DNA from: Eledone cirrhosa
Taxonomy: Eukaryota
DNA: 64,000 nt
Assembly (NCBI GenBank): GCA_964016885.1
Contig: OZ024740.1
Coordinates: forward strand, 286,130,001 to 286,194,000
Reading direction: 5' to 3'
Position 1 is the first letter of the stretch. Each line of letters begins with the position of its first letter. Below the pieces are notes generated by a model. That model did not search any database, was not told the DNA's origin, and worked only from the letters and a program-made list of their open reading frames with translations. The position numbers and the translations under genes are program-made. Below are positions 58,871-64,000 of this stretch, in pieces.

Positions 58871-61394
58871 CTTGTGGTATGTGACCGATTGACGCACTTG
58901 ATGGTGAATTGATGGGTTTTTTTTGTTTATTTGATTTTTGTTTGTTTTTCTCTCATTTTGATCATATATTTTTGTGCATTATATTTGTAATGTTATTTAT
59001 ACAATTGTGAAGAAAAATTTGATAGTTTAAAAAAAAAGATCGAATTAGAGAACTTTTTATAGGAATTCATAGAGTAGAAAAGGGATGGAGAGACAGCAAA
59101 TGAGAGTGAGGGGAGGCAGAGAAAGAAAAAGAAAGGGTGAGAGCAAGAACAATAAAATCAAATCAGAAGATTGAAAGAAAAAATATTGTCAGAGAAAAAC
59201 ATGTATGTGTATGTGTGTGTATGCATGCATGTGTGTGTGCATGTATGCATGTGATATTTATGTATTATAATAAGTTCAAATTATAAAAAATTGTTGGAAA
59301 TATTTTCAAGGGAATGCATAAATAACATCAATGTCGATATAGTAAATGTAGAAAAATAGTGTTTTATTGTTAAATAATCATTCCAGATATTTTAGCACCT
59401 TATTTATATAAAATTTGAAGTTAGTGAAAAACCATCAGTAGCCTATATTCAGTATATCAGTAATGACTAACTTGGAGGGATTTTCTGAAATTATTTCATG
59501 ACATTCAACATATTCAAATGACAAAATTACGATCTACTTATATTTTATTACGATCTACTTATATTCTATTTATTATTTAGAAATTATATTTGTCATAACT
59601 AAACATGGCAAACGCTCGTTTTTTTTTTTGTTTTTGATTCTTTTCTTTTTTACCCTTTTGATGTCAAACTGCCTCAGACACCCCTGGTTTTATGATACAA
59701 AACTGTTTGTTTTAAATCTTTCCTTATCATTACTTATAATGAAATACACTGCATTTGAAACAATGAATTCTAATTTAGGCATTACATTGACCCCAGTAAA
59801 CGACAGGATAAAAGGCAAAGTTGACCACAGCATTTTCTCCAACAATCTACTGATTATTGTTAAGGATTATTGGTTAGGGCATTGGGCTTGCAATCAGAAG
59901 GTTGTGAGTTCAATTCTCAGACTGGGTGATGCATGTTGCTCCAGAAGAAGAAGAAGAAATCACAATGTTTTACAGTAGGTTTTAAAAGTAAAAACATGGA
60001 AGGAGGGACTTATGACCAAGGAATGCTAGTCTCAGTTCTCTCAACAGCATTGTCTAAATCTTTATTAAAACCTTCAATCATAATTTTAAGACATTGTTAA
60101 GTAATATTACAAACATTGGCTTAATAGTGAGAAAGTTATTTGACTAATTTCTTTAAATTCTTGATTATTTACAAAATTATTTGAAAATCATAGTGTGTTT
60201 CATTAGTAATATGGTAACAAAAAGATTAACCCTTTAGCATTTAAACCAGCCGTATCTGGCCAGAATTCTCTCACCTCTTTTTATTCAAACCAACTGTAAC
60301 TGGCCACTCATACTGATGTTAAGGTATTGTTCTCAAAATAAATAACATCAAAATCTCATAGATTCCATATTCTATTAAATAATTATGTGAGATAAAGCCT
60401 TTACCACAAAAATACAATAGTATATATAGAGTAATGTAAATGCTCACATAATGAGAAGCAAGAAAAAGTACTCCAATAGCTTGAGCTGATCCAAGTCTTT
60501 TGGGAGTAAACCATATCTATAAACCAACTTGGTAAAAGCAACAGCCATGTTTTCATCTTATCAGGTCCATTCAGACTGCATTGTCTTAAATAATCATTTC
60601 TGATTTAGGCACAAGGTCACAAACTCAGTTCTTGACTGGTACTATTTTTATTGACACCAGAAGGATGAAAAGTTAAGTTTACCTTGGCAGGATTTGAACT
60701 CAGAAAGTAAAGAACCAGAACAAATAAATCAAGGTGTATTTTGTCTGACAATCTAACCCCCCCCCCCCCTTTAAAAATAATAACTGTTTCTAACATTGGC
60801 ATGAGGCCAGAAACTTAAGGGGTGGGGGTAAGTTAATTAAAAGCAAAGTTGACTTCAACAAGATTTGAACTCAAGAATCAGATCAAATACCACAAGTTCA
60901 GTGTTCTAAATTTCTTTTCTAGGTACATTCCCTTGGAGGGTGAGGAATAACAGTGTTTGACATTCATGTTTCTCTCAGGTGTTTAACCTAGAAGTGAAAC
61001 TAGGCTATAAAATTAGCTTGAGCCAACTGCTTTCTATAATAATTATAATAACAATTTAATCTAAATAATACAGTAATAGGTTAAAGGACACATTATAGAG
61101 AATAATTATTGTAATTTAAAACTGTTGAAAAGTTGTTTTGATAAATCTGTCTGCTATGGGTATTATATAGCTATGTGTCTACAATTCTTGTCACCCTATT
61201 TATTATTTAGCTTGTTATGCTGACATTTTAACACCAATCTGTATTAAAGTAACTGCTGGTCTGTCATGATACATATGTTTCTATGTATTCTTCCTTTTAA
61301 GCTTTTACTGGTTTTAGTCATTAAACTGCAATCATGCTGGGGCACTAGCTTGATTTAGTTGATTAAATAGAGCCCAATGATTTGATTTTCTTTT

Positions 61395-62265
61395 TCATTG
61401 GGCATTTTCTTTGTCATTGGGCATAGAGCTGACCAGGTCCACCAGTGCCCTTCATCACAGGTGGTCCCATGCCAGCCCCTTGGCATCCTCCAAGGTTTCG
61501 TTGAGCCGCTGGAGATCTTCCTTAACCCTTTAGCATTCACATTACTCTAGATATACTATTATATTTTCATGGTAAAGGCTTTACCTCGCATAATTATCTC
61601 ACATAATATCGAATCTATGAGATTTTGAAAGTATTTATTTTGAGAACAATACCGTAACATCAGTTTGAGTGACCAGTTACAGCCAGTTTCAACAGAAAAA
61701 GGTAGAGAATTCTGGCCGGTTTGAACATTAAAGGATTAATCACATCCAGCCATCTGGTGCCGGGCCTCTTCCTGCCTGCAACTGCTGCATCGAATGTGAG
61801 TAAGGCAGGATGATCTAGTGGGAGGCAGAGGACATGTCCATACCAGCACATCTGATGTTCTCGATGGTCTTCAGTGCTCTGCTATCGAAGTCATCGACCC
61901 TCTTTGCTAGGTGAAGGGTGATTTTTCTGCTCCATTGAGAAAAATGGAGAGGACCAACGCATTTCAGATATGGAGCTTCATCTTCCGAGTAATAAAGCAG
62001 TGGGGCTAAAGGGGCTTCCATAGGGAATACATGACCCCAGCGGCCAGGTCACATCTGCAGTTGATTTCTGAGGTCAAGTCTCCATTATTGGTGACTATGG
62101 AACCCAGGTAAATGAAGGAGCTGACAAATTCCAAGACATCGGGGCTAATATGAAGCGGGGTGGGATCCATTGCCGGCATCAGCTTGGTCTTCGCCCATAT
62201 CACCTGAAGGCCAAACTTCGATTATTTCTCCTGGTATATGAACAGTGCCTCCCTGAACTGATTGA
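61395..62265 (-). mobile_element. Old LINE RT 3' fragment (RTE-like), interrupted by a TTAA MITE
   Basis: GLQVIWAKTK, FIYLGS, WYGHV, GTRWLDVI|KEDL; the reading is rejoined across the MITE. Confidence 0.7.
61526..61735. mobile_element. piggyBac-type MITE with TTAA TSD (same family as 27602-27811)
   Basis: TTAA|CCCTTTAGCATTCAC...AACATTAAAGGA|TTAA. Confidence 0.8.
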
Positions 62266-62605
62266 TCAAGTTGCTGAATAATGTATTTACACATGTATTA
62301 AACCAAACTTCACTACTTATACATATATTAAACCAAACTTCACTATTTACACACAAGAAGAAGAAGAATGAAGTCTTGTGCATTCTTTGTGTTATTTCTG
62401 AAATCATCCAAACAACAAGGAAAATCCAACTTCATTATCATCATTTGTTTCTAGCAGATAAACCAACAAATGACTCATGATTTAGACTGCTCCACACCCA
62501 TGATTGTTTCAGTCTGTTAAAATAGATTTTTCACTATTCATGTCTATAGTCATTAAAAATTGTTGGTCACCTCATACGGATGGTGTAGGGAAAATATTTC
62601 TTAAC

Positions 62606-62789
62606 CCATTTGATACCAACCTGGTCAAAATTAGCTTTAGTTCTATGAAAAATAAACAACAATTTTAAAGGGTTCCATAATTAAAATCAAGTCTTCCAAC
62701 AATTTTATATAAGAACCATATGTTGTTCTTATTCTAGTAATGAATTATTCATTATCTAAACGAAGTAGAGTGCATTTCATTAGAAAGGG
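62606..62789. mobile_element. Second TTAA-flanked MITE family (decayed relatives at ~6655-6848, 8045-8225, 28820-29061)
   Basis: TTAA|CCCATTTGATACC...AGAAAGGG|TTAA; shared ccatatttctaatgaaa and gatatcaaaaggg blocks in the relatives. Confidence 0.55.
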
Positions 62790-62999
62790 TTAAAGAATTC
62801 TCTTTATATCCATTACCAATTCTCAGACACCATCTGCATGAGATGACAAACAATTCTACAATTCTGAGTTTTTACTTTGCGATTCAATCACTAACAGCTT
62901 GTCATGTTTTGTTAGATTATACTTCCACTGAAGATCCAAATAAATCATTTTTTTTAATTTATCTTCCATACTTCCTGAAGGAAAAAGAAATTTATTAAT

Positions 63000-63520
63000 C
63001 ATCAACTAATATTATTTCTATTTTTCAACACATATTTCATCTAACATGAGCTTTTTTAATGTTTGAAGTATTAAAAATACTTTCACCCACTTAAATATCT
63101 CAAATCACTTAACTCACATTTTTCTAATATGGCAACTATGCAACTCTAGCTCATATTTCTTACTCTCCTCAGTTTTCATGAATCCTCTTCATTTCTATAT
63201 AACTTGAATATTCCATTTCATATTAAACATTTTCCAGCTGTCAGCATACCAGGCTCAAATTGAATCGCTCCTTCAAATACAAATTGTATATCTAAAAATT
63301 TTCTTTCTTAATCAGCTTTTAAAGGCTTGCATTTATGTAACTATTACAAAATATGTTCCACTATCAAGAGTACATCTGTTACTCAAGCATCAAACAACAT
63401 TTCTTTGGTTCTAAGTGAATGACCATCAAATAATCACAGCTTTAAGTCATTAATTTAATTTAAATATTTCCATAATATTTTACCTGTTTATTATACAGAG
63501 AAAATATTTCACTGGTTTTT
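63000..63520 (-). pseudogene. Possible hAT (Charlie/Buster-type) transposase remnant
   Basis: Fragmentary LTAGKCL, resembling RWLS.GK.L; heavily decayed. Confidence 0.3.
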
Positions 63521-64000
63521 AGCTAAAACATATTTCCATTTCATGATTAATCAAGACATATTTCTGTTTGTACAGTCCTTTAGTGAAGGCACACGGCTTA
63601 GTGGTTAGAGAATTAAATTCGTAATCATGAGGTTGTGAATTCGATTCCCAGACTGGGCGATGTGTTATGTCCTTGAGCAAGACATTATCTCACACTGCTC
63701 CTTCTACCAAGAGCTGGGACTGGTAGATAGTATTAACAATTGGAAAGACCAGTGTTTCCTCGGTCCGATTTGATGAGCTCCACTCCACTCAGTAAGTGAA
63801 TGAAGTCTGGGATCTTGTCGATCGATTTCTTTTTTTTTTATAGTCTTGTCATTTAGAGGTAACTAGCTCCTAGTGGATGAGGGGTGTAGTATCCCATAGC
63901 AGTTGTTGTTGGATTGGCAGAATCGTTAGAGCATTGGACAAATGCTTAGTGGAATTTGTTTCAGCTCTATGTTCTGCATTCAAATCTTGCTAAGGTCAAC

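Overview
This is AT-rich, microsatellite-laden eukaryotic DNA. The SINE, LINE and microsatellite content suggests a coleoid cephalopod, probably Octopus (inference). Positions 1-19.7 kb hold the 3' end of a + strand PDZ-GEF (RAPGEF2/6-like) gene: an exon with an LPDY motif at 4606-4785, a candidate 66-nt cassette exon at 9861-9926, a last coding exon ending ...EVDEEQVSAV* at 15662-15693, and a probable ~4 kb 3'UTR containing a ~140-bp hairpin. The rest is a nested transposon field. It includes three copies of one young RTE-clade LINE, whose RT carries an inserted PHD-type finger; two of these form a 3.4-kb inverted pair. It also includes two decayed Naiad-like Penelope elements, a large Rep/helicase Helitron and several non-autonomous Helitrons, Tc1/mariner, Sola2-like, CRE and hAT remnants, TTAA MITEs and many tRNA-derived SINEs. 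Three things are not shown by the ORF track: (i) about six type-I hammerhead-ribozyme motifs, both in Penelope tails and in ORF-less segments, including an inverted pair just downstream of the host gene; (ii) an RTE insertion with a twin-priming 5' inversion and TSD; (iii) the 3'UTR hairpin. Most long ORFs in the track are microsatellite artefacts. All calls were made by eye, with no database searches.
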